From: Saprolegnia diclina VS20
Lineage: Eukaryota
Length of the DNA stretch: 64,000 nt
Assembly (NCBI RefSeq): GCF_000281045.1
Contig: NW_008246084.1
Span: forward strand, 137,538 to 201,537
Direction: 5' to 3'
The notes below the pieces were generated by a model. It was not told the origin of the DNA, did no database searches, and was given only the letters and a program-made list of their open reading frames with translations. Below, one piece after another: positions 24,167-35,509 of this stretch (positions are counted from its first letter, which is position 1; every line of letters begins with the position of its first letter). The position numbers were made by a program, and so were the translations under genes.

Positions 24167-24851
24167 AAACGACTGCACGACGACGCTGACGACGAGATCC
24201 AGACCGGCAGCGGCGACGCGCTCTCAAGGCACCGTATCCTTCTCCGCTCAAGCACCCTAGTTCTTATTGCATACTAGTACTACAAGTAGAGCGAGGATGC
24301 AGCTAGTGTGAGTTTGTAGCGTCCGTCCTCTTGCGCGACGATTATGCTTCTCGCACCTCTGTGGTTGAAGAGCCTGGCGTTTGGAAGTGCAATCTCGAGT
24401 ACTGTTCAGCACACTTGTGGTCGTAGCCACCAGCGTCGTTGCTCATCTCGTTGCATACACCAGCAGCGCATTGGATAACGTTGTGGTCTCGTCCTTCAAC
24501 GTAATAAGTCACTACTTGTTTCTCGGGTTCTTCAAGGAGGCTCCCTTGGCACGCGTCCAGCAACGTTGGTTTCGGCTGGAAGTGGGCGTGCGTTCGATAT
24601 AACCCACGCAGCCAGGCGGAGATACGAGGTTGCACTGCACTGCAAATCAGCAGCAGCGATCGCCGCCGGTGCGATCGCTGGGCTGCCAACCCGCATGCAC
24701 CACACACAGCCCTGTGATGCAGTGCCGCTCGATCCCGTGTCGCTGATCATTTTCGCGTTGTAGAGCTATATGGACTAAACGTTTGCATATTCTGTCCGTT
24801 TCAACCGCAACGACGAGCAGCGTGGCCGTCTTGGCGCACTTCCGAATTGGC

Positions 24852-26161
24852 ATGGAGAGCCCCAACAGCGTGTACGTGGCGCTGGCCGCCAACATGGGCG
24901 CGCAGCTCGCGAGAGCGGTCTCGCGCCACACGCTCTGCTCGTGGATCCACGGAGAGAAGCGCGGGTGCAACATCTTTCGGTCCGTCGCCGGCGCGCTCAA
25001 CGTCCACGCGACCGCGATGCACGTGCACACGCCGTTCAACCTGGCCGCGGACGCGCTCTTGGCGACGACGACCGAGGTATACTGCGCCATGATGCGGAAT
25101 CTCTCGTCCGACTTTGTGGCTGGCGACGTCCTGCGCACGATCGTCGGGCCGACGCCCGAGTCGCCCAACCGGTACATTGCATTGACGTCGGCCGCGTTCA
25201 AGAACGACAAGCTCTTCCAGAAGGCCAAGGACTTTGTCTGTCTCGAGGTATGACGTTGTATCGGCGTTTCGTGCACATCTTTGTTGTGTACTAGTACGTC
25301 GACGTGGTGCAGAGCGGCGCGCGGCAGCTGGCCTTCCGCGTGCTTCAGGCCCTCCCGAGTGTCGACAACAATGGCGCCGACGGCGACCGCCCGAACGCAC
25401 CCATGACCGGCCTCGTTTTCGCCACGAGCTCGTCACAAGATCAGATCGACGTGTCGTATCTCTGCTCACTGAGCCATGAGCTCGATGCGTCGTACATCAT
25501 CTCGCACGTCGAGCAGTGCTTTGCCGGCATCTTCAGGCACTTGGACCAAGCCCGCGCTGGCGACTTGCGATTTGCGATGCCACAGCTCCAAGTCATTGCC
25601 CTCCCGTACGTATATCTCGGCGTCGATGATCCTATGTTGGCCGTAGCGAGACGGCGCAAAAGGCCTGCCACGTGTGCGAGCGCGCCTTCCATTGGGGCTC
25701 GACGACCCATACGTGCTGCCAGTGCGTCATGGTGCGTGTGCTTTCAGTGCAAACGACGACGTCGTATGGATCGCTACTAGAGAGTGTGCAAGTCGTGCGT
25801 GTGCACGCGGCTCGTCGAGGTGGCCGGCGCGAGTTTGCCGACGCGGCCCGCGGCCATCTGTCTGCGCTGCATGGACTCGGCGCGGCGCAAGAAGAGCGCA
25901 GAGCGCATCGCGAGTCCGAGCGCGTCGAACGAAGCCGATTTCGCGCCGATGCTCACGCTCTGGGCCGAGTACGAGCTGCCGACCAAGGAGACGGCGTACC
26001 GGCCGCCGCCCGTGCGCAAACTCAGCTTTCCGTTTCGATCGACAAGCGACAGCATCCTCGCGTCGCTCAAGAAGCGCCGGGGCAGCATGGTCGACCTCTT
26101 GGCCCCCGTTGCGCTCGAGCGGGCGCGCTCCTATCCGTCAAGTGAGGTCGACTCGACGTAG
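24852..26161 (+). CDS. START-like + FYVE protein (divergent paralog, multi-exon)
   Basis: It aligns by eye with the downstream gene (TTTEVYCAMMRNLSSDF vs TTTESYKAMMGMLSSDF; KDFVCLEYVD vs KDFVLLEYVD). The degenerate FYVE reads CHVCERAF...HTCCQC...VCKSC...ICLRC. Confidence 0.75.
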
Positions 26162-26933
26162 TCGTACGATTGCGTTTAATAATTTAACGTCCAGTGTTGG
26201 TGGCATTGCTCACGCCACGTATTACGTCAGACGCAGAAGCACGCCACTGGGCGACGCTTGATGCACATCCCACGTCACGTGCAGGAGATGTGTCAAGTTG
26301 GATCGACCAGATTATTGCTGCTTTTGCCTTCGATGGAAGCGCGCGATCTTGCACTGCAAGGCGACGAGATGTGTCGAATGAATCATTCCTAGCTGGTCGT
26401 ATATCGCTATGGCGTACCGTAGGATAAGATGTACGCAGTAGCCAAGCGCTCAGATCTTATTTGCATCAAATGCCAATCCTGCGTGCCGTGACGCAGACAA
26501 GCACACGCGACAGGGCGAGCGACGACGACGATGAAGCGGTCGATGTGCGTGGACAGCACTGTTTCTACCGCCGCAGTAAACAAGCTATCTCCTCGTGTAG
26601 CGTGGCATCCTCTCGTGGCTGCGACGTGCTGAACGCAATCTTCCGCCGTTCGAAATTCCATGTTGGAGGCCATCCGCGGCGCGAACGCCTTGTCTCGATC
26701 CTTGCCTTCCAGCACGCGTCAGTGGCAACAGCCGCTAACGTTATCGCTGTCTAGTACTATAGTCGACTTTGTATCGACTAAAAAGCACTTGCGGGTTTTG
26801 ACGTGGATGGTCGGCGGTGTGGCCACTGAACTGCAAAGTGCGTTTCGGCAACCAACTGGTTGCAGTGCAACAACCGGCCATTTCAACCGCTCCGCTTGCG
26901 ATCGCCATTTCTCAACTTGCCACCGCGGTCGTC

Positions 26934-28811
26934 ATGGAGCTGCCGGACCCGGACCGTGCGCACTTCACCAAGATCGCCAAGCACATGACGTCGGCGCTCC
27001 TCGACGCGACGAGCATGGCCAAGGCGCTGCCTTGGAAGGTTGTCTATGAGAAGAAGAACTTTGCGATCCACCGGACCGAGCTCTGCGGCATCGCGCCCGT
27101 CAACGTCCACGCCGCGACCAAGCTCGCGGCCGAGATCGAAGACGTGACCGAAAACCTCATCACGACGACGACCGAGTCGTACAAGGCCATGATGGGCATG
27201 CTCTCGTCCGACTTTTTAGACGGCGCGGTCCTCGCCAACATTGTGCTGCCGTCGCCGGCACGGCCGTTCCAGTACGTGGGCCTCAAGTGGGCGGCGTTCA
27301 AGAGCGCGACGCCGTTCGTCAAGGACAAGGACTTTGTGTTGCTCGAGTACGTCGACTTGATTGAGGACGCGCAAGGCCGGAAGACGTCGTTCCGTGTCAT
27401 GCAGAGCGTCGAGATTCCGACGTACCTCGAGACGCCCGGCAAGTTTGCCCGCGAGAGCGTCCCGCTCGTCGGCTTCATCTACTATACGACCAAGAAGGCT
27501 GGCGAGCTGCGCATGACGTACAGCTGCAGCATCGACAAGAACGGCGACCTTCCGACGTGGGCGGCCAACGCGGCGATCCAGTCGCATGTCGAAAAGTGCA
27601 TTTCCAAAACGCTCAAGTACATCGAGTACCAACGCATGCGCCGCGACGCCTTTGTCTTGCCGCAGCAGGTCATTCCGCTCGCGGAAGACCAAGGCAACTG
27701 CCAAGTGTGCACCAAGCCCTTCATGTCGCTCTACCGCCACAAGTACACGTGCCTGAAATGCGGCAATGTCGTCTGCAGCAAATGCTCGGCGCTTCGCAAC
27801 GCCGAAGTGCCCGAGCTTGGCATGCGCAAGCTCCGCGTCTGCACCGCGTGCGTCATCCAGGTGCGGCTCACGCACCGGCGTGGGTCGGCCGACCTCAAGA
27901 CATCGCTGACGTCGTCGTCCGACGGCACGTCGTCGAGCTGCTGCAGTGTACCTGACGTGCCCGGGCGCCAGATGATCGAAGACATCCTGCAACCCGTGCG
28001 CCTCCACGTCCGCGACGAGTACCGGGTGTTTTCAGCGCTTCACGACGCGCTCCCGACCGCCTTTCCGGTGCGCGCAGCGAGCGACAGCCGCGTGCCTTCA
28101 TTCCGCGCGGGGCGCCGCGTGACCGTCGGTGCGCCGGAGATTGCCGCTACGATTGCCCAGCTGCGCGAGACCAACGACGACATGCGCCGCATGTTGCCCT
28201 TGTCGCCGCCCCGGAACGTCGTGCCACTCGACCGGTACCATCGGCGGCGGACGACAGTCGGCGCGACTGAGCTCGCGAGCGTCCTCTCCGAGTTCCACGC
28301 GAGCCGGGACGACAACGCTGCGATTGCACGCATCATTGCCGCCGACTCGGAGGTGCTTTCGTCCGACTCGGAAGACTCAGAAGACGACGATGACGATGAT
28401 GTGAGTGCGACGACGGACGACGAGAGCACGGACGAGCGCAAGCAGCTCACCGAGACGACCTTGCGCGAGTTCGACTCGATCCAGAGCTGCATTGCGCGGT
28501 CGCGTCAGATCGTCGAGGTGACAGAGCAGGCGCACAAGATCGCGAGCATCGTCCGGCAACAGACGCAGGTGCTTGCGAGCCTCAGCAGTGCCAACGGGTC
28601 GCGCAAGAGCTCGTTCTCGTCGACCACCACCATCTCGCAGCCGCGCAAGCCGTCGGCCGGCGCGATCCTCTTCGACTCATCCGAGTACGAGAGCCGGCTC
28701 GATGACGATACACTGCGGCTGCGGCAGTTCCAGGCCAGCCAAGCCGCACAGCGCCGGCGGTCGTCCAACGACGTGGCCAAGCCAGCCGCGCGCCGGTACT
28801 TTCTCTTTTAG
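26934..28811 (+). CDS. START-like + FYVE protein
   Basis: START-like region DFLDGAVL...YVGLKWAAF...KDFVLLEY; FYVE CQVCTKPF...KYTCLKCGNVVCSKCS...RVCTAC; long low-complexity tail. This architecture is typical of oomycetes. Confidence 0.85.
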   Translation: MELPDPDRAHFTKIAKHMTSALLDATSMAKALPWKVVYEKKNFAIHRTELCGIAPVNVHAATKLAAEIEDVTENLITTTTESYKAMMGMLSSDFLDGAVLANIVLPSPARPFQYVGLKWAAFKSATPFVKDKDFVLLEYVDLIEDAQGRKTSFRVMQSVEIPTYLETPGKFARESVPLVGFIYYTTKKAGELRMTYSCSIDKNGDLPTWAANAAIQSHVEKCISKTLKYIEYQRMRRDAFVLPQQVIPLAEDQGNCQVCTKPFMSLYRHKYTCLKCGNVVCSKCSALRNAEVPELGMRKLRVCTACVIQVRLTHRRGSADLKTSLTSSSDGTSSSCCSVPDVPGRQMIEDILQPVRLHVRDEYRVFSALHDALPTAFPVRAASDSRVPSFRAGRRVTVGAPEIAATIAQLRETNDDMRRMLPLSPPRNVVPLDRYHRRRTTVGATELASVLSEFHASRDDNAAIARIIAADSEVLSSDSEDSEDDDDDDVSATTDDESTDERKQLTETTLREFDSIQSCIARSRQIVEVTEQAHKIASIVRQQTQVLASLSSANGSRKSSFSSTTTISQPRKPSAGAILFDSSEYESRLDDDTLRLRQFQASQAAQRRRSSNDVAKPAARRYFLF

Positions 28812-29042
28812 AACCTAGTCTAGTCTTCTGCGCGACCGCCGAGCACGTCGGAATGCTCGGCGTCCTCGCGCTTCGTACAGTAGTCACGGTAGTGTACCCC
28901 AAAGTATAATTTAGCAACAAGCACGGAACTTGTCTTTGGATGACATGATGAAACTTGCCGATGTCATCTCTGGGTCCCACCGATTCGAATGAGAGCTCGT
29001 CGGCGTCGTACAGCTTGATTGGGACTGTCGCCAACGCGCCAC

Positions 29043-29117
29043 CTCAAAGTGCAATCTCAAAGTGCAATCTCAAAGTGCAATCTCAAATGGCAATCTCAAA
29101 AGCGCCATCTCAAACGT
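29043..29117 (+). repeat. Tandem repeat of a 13-bp unit CTCAAAGTGCAAT (3 perfect + about 3 degenerate copies)
   Basis: ctcaaagtgcaat x3, then ctcaaatggcaat, ctcaaaagcgccat and ctcaaacgt. Confidence 0.9.
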
Positions 29118-29219
29118 ACAAAGGTCGCGACAAGAAGGGTCAAGAGTGTGTGCGCTCCGTTTCACATACCTACATTCCTAGAAAGGCAAAAACAATAAAT
29201 TTTCCCCTTCGACGCGCGT

Positions 29220-30451
29220 ATGGACAGCAACAAGATTGGCCGGTCCAAGGGCGTCAGCGCCGTCGCCAACGTCGCGGCCATGGTCGACGATGACGATGTG
29301 CAGGTGGCGGCGCGGCGCAAGGGCTTGCACGTCGTCAACGTCGCGTGGGAAGACTGCGCGCGCTTCATCGACAGTTGCTGGGGGCCGTGCATCTCGGACA
29401 TGACGCTCGTCACCCGCCGCACGCGCATGCCTGTGCTCCGGGCGCCCAACTTTCAAGGTATCGAGCGCTTCAAGATGTTTTCTTATTCGCTGAACGTGTT
29501 TTCTTATATGTTTATAGATCCCATCATGCGCATCCCGACGCGCCAGATCATGCTGACGGTCGGGAACGAGTCGCCGTACACGGACGCACCGTTGACCAAG
29601 ATCTCGCTCCAAGAGTACCTCGAGACGATCGCCAAGTACACGGAGCTTGAGCACAGCTTGTACGCACCAGAGCACGACGACCAAGCGGTCGTGAGCACGC
29701 AAGCGTGTTTCTTGCCGATTGAGAAGGAGGCCGAGACCAAGACCGAGTTCCACGTTGGCTTGTTCAACTACCAGTCGCGGGAGGATGACCCGGCCGTGCT
29801 CGTCTTGGTCTGCACGGACGCTGGCACAAGGTACATTGACATCTCTGAACCTTTGTCAACGGGGGGAAACGGAGTAGTGCGCAAGTCGTGAGCCGGCGCG
29901 ACACGGCCCTCTTTTGCAACCATCACGGCAAGAAGCACTCGTTTGCGGCAGAGCGCTTGTCCCAAGACCGCGCCAAGCGAGGGGTCGACGCCACCGAGGA
30001 CGCCATGACGGCAGACGAAGAAGCACGCAACTACGTCATGATTGTCCAGATCCCACTGCAACAAAAGCCGAAACCCCAGCTAAAGGTTCGTCGCTCCCGC
30101 TGCGTGAGGCAAAGTGTGGTCGCGAGTCCAGCACCGTCAACGGTGGATGTTGAAGCCGCGATCATCAGCATCAGCGACGAGGCCAAAGGCCCGTACCCGA
30201 AACTCCGTCGCTTTCGCCACGCGCAGCGAGACACGAGATACCCCATCCGCGTCACCGTGCAGTTTTACCAAGCGACGAGCAATGGCGTCGTGACACCCGA
30301 CGTCGTCCGGGCGCTGGCCACCAAGATGGCGTCGGTCAAGACCAATGCGACGTGGTGGGGGTCCCTCGTCACGGTTAACACGCCGAGCTCCGGTGTCCCG
30401 AACTTTGTAGCCACCAAGCAAGGCGCGAAGCGCAAGCGCAAGGATACTTAA
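29220..30451 (+). CDS. Uncharacterised conserved protein (WEDxxR...CWGPxISDMTL / FNYQS / RVTVQFY family), copy A; introns 29458-29517 and 29831-29877
   Basis: Three ORF segments join at GT-AG introns into a protein of roughly 375 aa. It is paralogous to 38612-39910. Confidence 0.85.
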
Positions 30452-30771
30452 GCCTACCTTACGTGATTGTGCTTCTACAGGGTCATTTTGTATTGACCCT
30501 CCACGAGCAGTCCCGAGATCGAGCCATATGGGCGTGCCACGTCACATGATTGCGTCATTAATCGCGAGCCCGGTTCACTTGGGACGGGACCGGCATGCTG
30601 GCCACTGGATTTCTCAAGAATCCAGTACCGACTCGAAGTCGAAGGGGCGCAGTCGGTGGCGGACGTCCTCGCGCCGTCTCGACCATCGCGCATCATCGCT
30701 TTATGATGCAATGCACAGGACGTATATAGGGAGACGCCTGTATGATGTATTAGGGGTAGAGCGAGGAGGGT

Positions 30772-32017
30772 TTAGTTGCGCGGCTTGCCGTTGTAGAGGC
30801 TCTTCTTGTAGTCGGGCATACGGATGAACTCGGGGAACTCGTTGTTGCCGTTGCCGTCCGTGTAAATATCCTTGAAGGCGACCGCCTCGTCGGGGCGGCC
30901 CTCGGCCTTGGCCTCCTTCGTCGCTTCGACGACCTCCTTGCGCACTTGCTTTTCAATTTCCTTGATCTCGTCGGCGGTCGCGAGGTTGGCGTCCAAGAGG
31001 CGCTTCTTCACGCTCTCGATCGGGTCGCGCGACGCACGCATGGACGAGATTTCTTCGCGGTTGCGGTACGTGACACCCGGGTCCGACATCGAGTGGCCGT
31101 GGTAGCGGTACGTGCACATCTCGACGTAGATCGGGCCCTTGTTGGAGCCCGTCCACTCCTTGAGGAACTTGATGCACTCGCGGACGGCGAGGACGTCGTT
31201 GCCGTCGCACCAGATACCCGGGATCTTGTTGCCCATCGTGTAGTACACCTGGTTGGACGAGTGGCGCTCGGTCGACGTGCCCATACCGTAGTGGTTGTTC
31301 TCGATACAGATGATCGACGGCAGCTTCCAGAGCGCGGCCATGTTGGCAGCCTCCCAGATCTGGCCCTGGTTGGCGGCGCCATCACCAAACATCGTGATCG
31401 AGCACGGCATGAGGCCGTCGCCCTTGTGGTTGTACTTGCTCGCAAACGCGAGACCGACGCCGACCGGCACCTGGGCGCCGACGATACCCTGGCCACCGTA
31501 AAAGTTGTTCTTCTTGTTGTAGAAGTGCATCGAGCCGCCCTTGCCGCCGATCGCGCCGTTCTTGTTGCCAAAGAGTTCGGCGAGGATGCCCGTGACCGAG
31601 CCGCCGCGCGCAAGCATCGTGCAATGGCAGCGGTACGACGTGATCCACGAGTCGGTGCGGTTCAACGCCGCCTCGACGCCGGTCGCAACCGCCTCCTGGC
31701 CATCGTACAAGTGGCAGAAACCGCGGATCGTGCGCGCCTTGTACTCATTGTCGCACGTGATTTCCATGCGGCGCATCGTGTACATGAGCTTGTAGTAGCC
31801 AAGGAGCTCTTCACGCGTCGCGTACGCATAGTCGCCGCCTTCCGGGCCGCTCTCCAAGTCTACGCCATCATGAGTGCTCGGTACGCCATTCGCGTCGTCG
31901 CCTACTGTGGAGCTTGAACGAGTTGGCGAGCTGGAACTTGTGGCCTTCGGCGGCGGCGGCGAAGCCGCGGGTGGCGGCGCGGGGCAGCGCCTTCGTCGCG
32001 AGGAGACGACCGAGCAT
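30772..32017 (-). CDS. PDHA1: Pyruvate dehydrogenase E1 alpha subunit, mitochondrial (one intron near the 5' end)
   Basis: IRGFCHLYDGQEA, GKGGSMH, TPP motif GDGAANQGQ...ENNHYGMGT and TYRYHGHSMSDPG; presequence MLGRLLATKALPRAATRGF. Confidence 0.97.
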
Positions 32018-32143
32018 TTCAGTGGTTGGTCGACTTTTGGTGAATAACACCAATTCTTGGGTACCAAGAGGCAGCCAAATGACTACCACTGATGGTGCAA
32101 GCATCACGACGCCTGAGGCGCAGATGCATCCCTCGTGCGTTTT

Positions 32144-32187
32144 GATTGGTCGAAATGCCATCGCCTAGCATGTGATTGGCCAAAAAG
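32144..32187 (-). promoter_or_regulatory. Tandem CCAAT boxes upstream of PDH E1-alpha
   Basis: GATTGGTCGAAATGC and GATTGGCCAAAAAG on the + strand, 130-170 bp upstream of the ATG. Confidence 0.55.
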
Positions 32188-32581
32188 ACTCGGGGGCGGG
32201 TAGGGGTCGGGAAAAAACGACTTGCGAAGGTGCTCTGTCGCCGGATTCAATGAACCGGTTCAACGAACCGGTTTGTGAGTAACGACGGCAGCCTTCGTGT
32301 GGTTCGACTGGATTGCTACGGGCGCGGCTGCGGAGAGGGATCGGCAGACGGTGACCATTGACCATCGATCCTCATGTCGACGGTCCATCGACGATCATGG
32401 CTGCATGCAGCGGCCATGGCGAGGCGCTGGTAGACAAGGCGCGGGCGAGAGACACGGCGCGGAGGAGGGCGCGCGGACGCAAGCACGCAGCGCACCGGAC
32501 TGTCTTTGCCGCGGCGCCAATGGCGAGGATGATGCAGACGACGAAGAGGTATGGGATAAGATCTTAGATGTACATACTACG

Positions 32582-34024
32582 CTACATGCGAATCGGACAG
32601 CCATGCTGCGCGCGCCACTCGTAGTGCTGGACCGCGTTGAAGTAGTGGACCGTGGTCGCGGCCACGACGCATAGGTGCCACCATTGATGGCTCGAGAACC
32701 ACACGTCGAAACGACCGGGCGCGAACCGCTCGGGCACGCGGAGGCCCCAGAGCATGGCGCCAAAGCAGTCAAAGCCGGCGGTGCCCAGAAGGCGGTACAA
32801 GATCACTTGCACGTTTGGGTCCCAAAAGCCGTGCTCGTACACGAGATGCCCGAGCGGGACGAGGCCAAAGAAGCCGAGCGCGAGGAAGACGACCGTGCGC
32901 ACGATCGGGTGCTCGTCAAAGGCCGGGTGGAGCGACGCGACAAACGAGACGAGCGAGAGCACGCTGACGACCCCGAGGTACCATGTGACGAGGGCCATGT
33001 CGCAGTAGAAGCCATAGTAGATGACGGGAAAGAACGCGCCGCCAATGAGAAGGATGATGCCTGCGTAGTCGAGCTGGATGAGGGTCATCGAGGTTTTGGC
33101 GCTCTGTACAAAGAAGAGGTGGTAGACCGTGCTGCAGCTCATGCAGAGAAAGGCGGTGGCGATGTACACGAGGATCGGCCACGTCGCGAGCTCGGGCGTG
33201 AGGAGCTCGGTCGGATGGATCGCGGTGAGCATCGCAAGCCCGTTCGCGATCGTCTCGGACCACGTGTGGAACTCGTGCAGGACAAGCTGGAGCGGCGCCT
33301 GGTGCTGCGCGTCGTCGCGGAGTGCCCGCACGTAGGCGCGGAGCTCGGTCGTCTTGTCGTGGAGCTGCCGCTGCAACGGGTGCAACGTGTTGTACGCGAC
33401 CGCCCAGTTGTCGTCCGTGGTCGCGTTCGGGCGCGGCCAGTGCGGCGGCAGTTGGGCCTGGAGCGCTTCGAGCGACGACGCCATGGACGCAAAGTACGAC
33501 GAGAGTGTCGACTGGACGTCGGCGCTCATCTGCGCCGCGAGCACGGGGTGCAACTCGGCAAGCGTCGGAACGCGGGCGAGCGAGTGGCCAAAGAGCGCCT
33601 TGGCCACATGCACGTGGTCGCGGATCGCCGCGTGGTTGTCGAGGCGCAAGGCGTAGTACATGGGGATGACGGGCGGCGCAATGTACTCGAGAAAGTATTC
33701 GCGCGTGTGCTGGCCGTGGGCGAGTGCGAGCGGCGGCGGCGCCAGCACGTTCGTGTGGTACAAGCCCGCCTCGGCGTACAAGGCGACGCTGGCAAAGAAG
33801 ACGCCAAAGAGGAGCGCGCCGACGAGATGCGTCCATACGTTCCACGTCTCGTTGTGCAGCTGGAAGAGCGACTTGACACACTCCGTCGGCGACGTGTAGT
33901 GCAGGCGGTAGCCCGACCGAATGAACGGGTTGTTGAAGAGGAACTCGTGGTCGTGCTGCGCGAGCTCTTCCAAGTCGCCGAGCCGCGACGACGAGGACGA
34001 CGAGTGGACGACAACGGCCGCCAT
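32582..34024 (-). CDS. PAQR / AdipoR / haemolysin-III family membrane protein
   Basis: NPFIRSGYR, SLFQLHNETWNVWTHLVG, STVYHLF, LDYAGI and RVPERFAPGRFDVWFSSHQWWHLCV. Confidence 0.92.
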   Translation of the reverse strand: MAAVVVHSSSSSSRLGDLEELAQHDHEFLFNNPFIRSGYRLHYTSPTECVKSLFQLHNETWNVWTHLVGALLFGVFFASVALYAEAGLYHTNVLAPPPLALAHGQHTREYFLEYIAPPVIPMYYALRLDNHAAIRDHVHVAKALFGHSLARVPTLAELHPVLAAQMSADVQSTLSSYFASMASSLEALQAQLPPHWPRPNATTDDNWAVAYNTLHPLQRQLHDKTTELRAYVRALRDDAQHQAPLQLVLHEFHTWSETIANGLAMLTAIHPTELLTPELATWPILVYIATAFLCMSCSTVYHLFFVQSAKTSMTLIQLDYAGIILLIGGAFFPVIYYGFYCDMALVTWYLGVVSVLSLVSFVASLHPAFDEHPIVRTVVFLALGFFGLVPLGHLVYEHGFWDPNVQVILYRLLGTAGFDCFGAMLWGLRVPERFAPGRFDVWFSSHQWWHLCVVAATTVHYFNAVQHYEWRAQHGCPIRM

Positions 34025-34720
34025 GCTGAGATGCGATCGGGATGATCTGAAGTGCCACGGAAGGTCGCACGGGAATCCCACATCGGTGGGTTTTGCGTGT
34101 GTTTTGCCAATCTAAGCACCCTACATGAAATAGTGTAATACACGTGTCCACGGCCATCGCAAGAGGGGAAGCGACTCGGACCGAGAGCACTGACGCCATG
34201 CAAGCTATTGTCTCTGTGTTGCTTATACTCCATGTCGAACGCGCGCGAGCACAAGGCAGAAAAGCACACACAATGCATATTACACCATTTCGGATTCATC
34301 GTCGGGTTCGATTACGCTACGGGGGTGCACGGCGGGTGCGTGACAGAGGCCGTCCAGAGACGTCCCTCGAGTCTCTACTCCATGTACAATGATGCCAATG
34401 GTCATGCATGGAGTCGGCGTGGTCCGAGGGAGCCGCAAATCGTGAGCAGTTTGGTGCCAGGAGTACACGCACTCTTGCAGGAGCCGGCTGCAACTGTGGC
34501 TACTTCGCCGTTGAGCCATCGAATCTCGTGAACGTATGCGTGAACATTCAGCTGCGTCGGTGGCATTCCATCTCAAGGCCAACAAGCCGCATTCTCGCTA
34601 GCCACCAAGGGAATGATGCCACACACAAGATAGAACATTGGTTCAATGGTATGTAGCTGGTTCTCGCAGGCCACGCATGCGGGCCTGTTGATCGACGCAC
34701 TACATTGTACTGCGAGACGC

Positions 34721-35130
34721 TTACTGCAGGAGACCTTCCTTCTGCAAGAGAGGCACGAGCTTGCCTTCGCGGTGCAACTGCGTCACATCATCGCCGCCGC
34801 CAATCGTCGTCGCCTTGACAAAGACGTTCGGGACGGTATCGCGACCTAAGAAATCAGAGCCTCGCTGCGAGCCATCAGAATGGAATCGCGTACCTGTGAG
34901 CTCAATGAGCGCGTCCATGATCTCGTCACCGTTGGCGAGGTTGTCGAGGTCGTACACGACATACGGGACGCCGACCGACGTGAGGACGTTCTTGGCCTAT
35001 CCATGGGGTTTAGCCCTTGGCGATCGATGCTAGCGGGACGTACCTTGGTGCAGTAGGGGCAGTACGTCTTGCTGAAGACCGTGACGCCGTTCTTGGCGAG
35101 CGCGTCTTGGACAAAGGCCTTCCCCGACAT
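34721..35130 (-). CDS. Dithiol glutaredoxin (CPYC), introns 34997-35043 and 34846-34893
   Basis: VFSKTYCPYCTK/AK..., TVPNVF and IGGGDD. Confidence 0.93.
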
Positions 35131-35509
35131 GGCTGGACTGTCTGCGGACGAGGTGAAGTGCAAACTGGATCGGCAAAGATCCCCCGAAGCCGGCTTTTCA
35201 AAAGCCGCAGCCAATCACAGCGCTGGTTCAAGTCATTTCAAGAATGGTGTGAGATGGGGAATAGTGTGACTTGACACAAACGACGGTCTTGACAAACGAT
35301 GTTTTATTCGTGTGGGCTGTTAAAGGCTATCTGTCTCTAGTATTGTGTAGGGCGTGGGTGCTCATGTCAAGTAACGCATGACCATAGCACCTGCATGCGC
35401 CGCTAGGAGCAGCTCGTTGGGCTTCCACGTGTCTCACATTATTTCAGTGAATGAAAATACTGTAGTATTTGTGTTGAATGTTCATTTTTACTGATCCCCG
35501 GCAAAGAAC

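Noticed and set aside
29043..29117. Short repeat array as a possible CRISPR
   Set aside because: The units are contiguous 13-mers with no spacers, there are no cas genes, and the context is eukaryotic.
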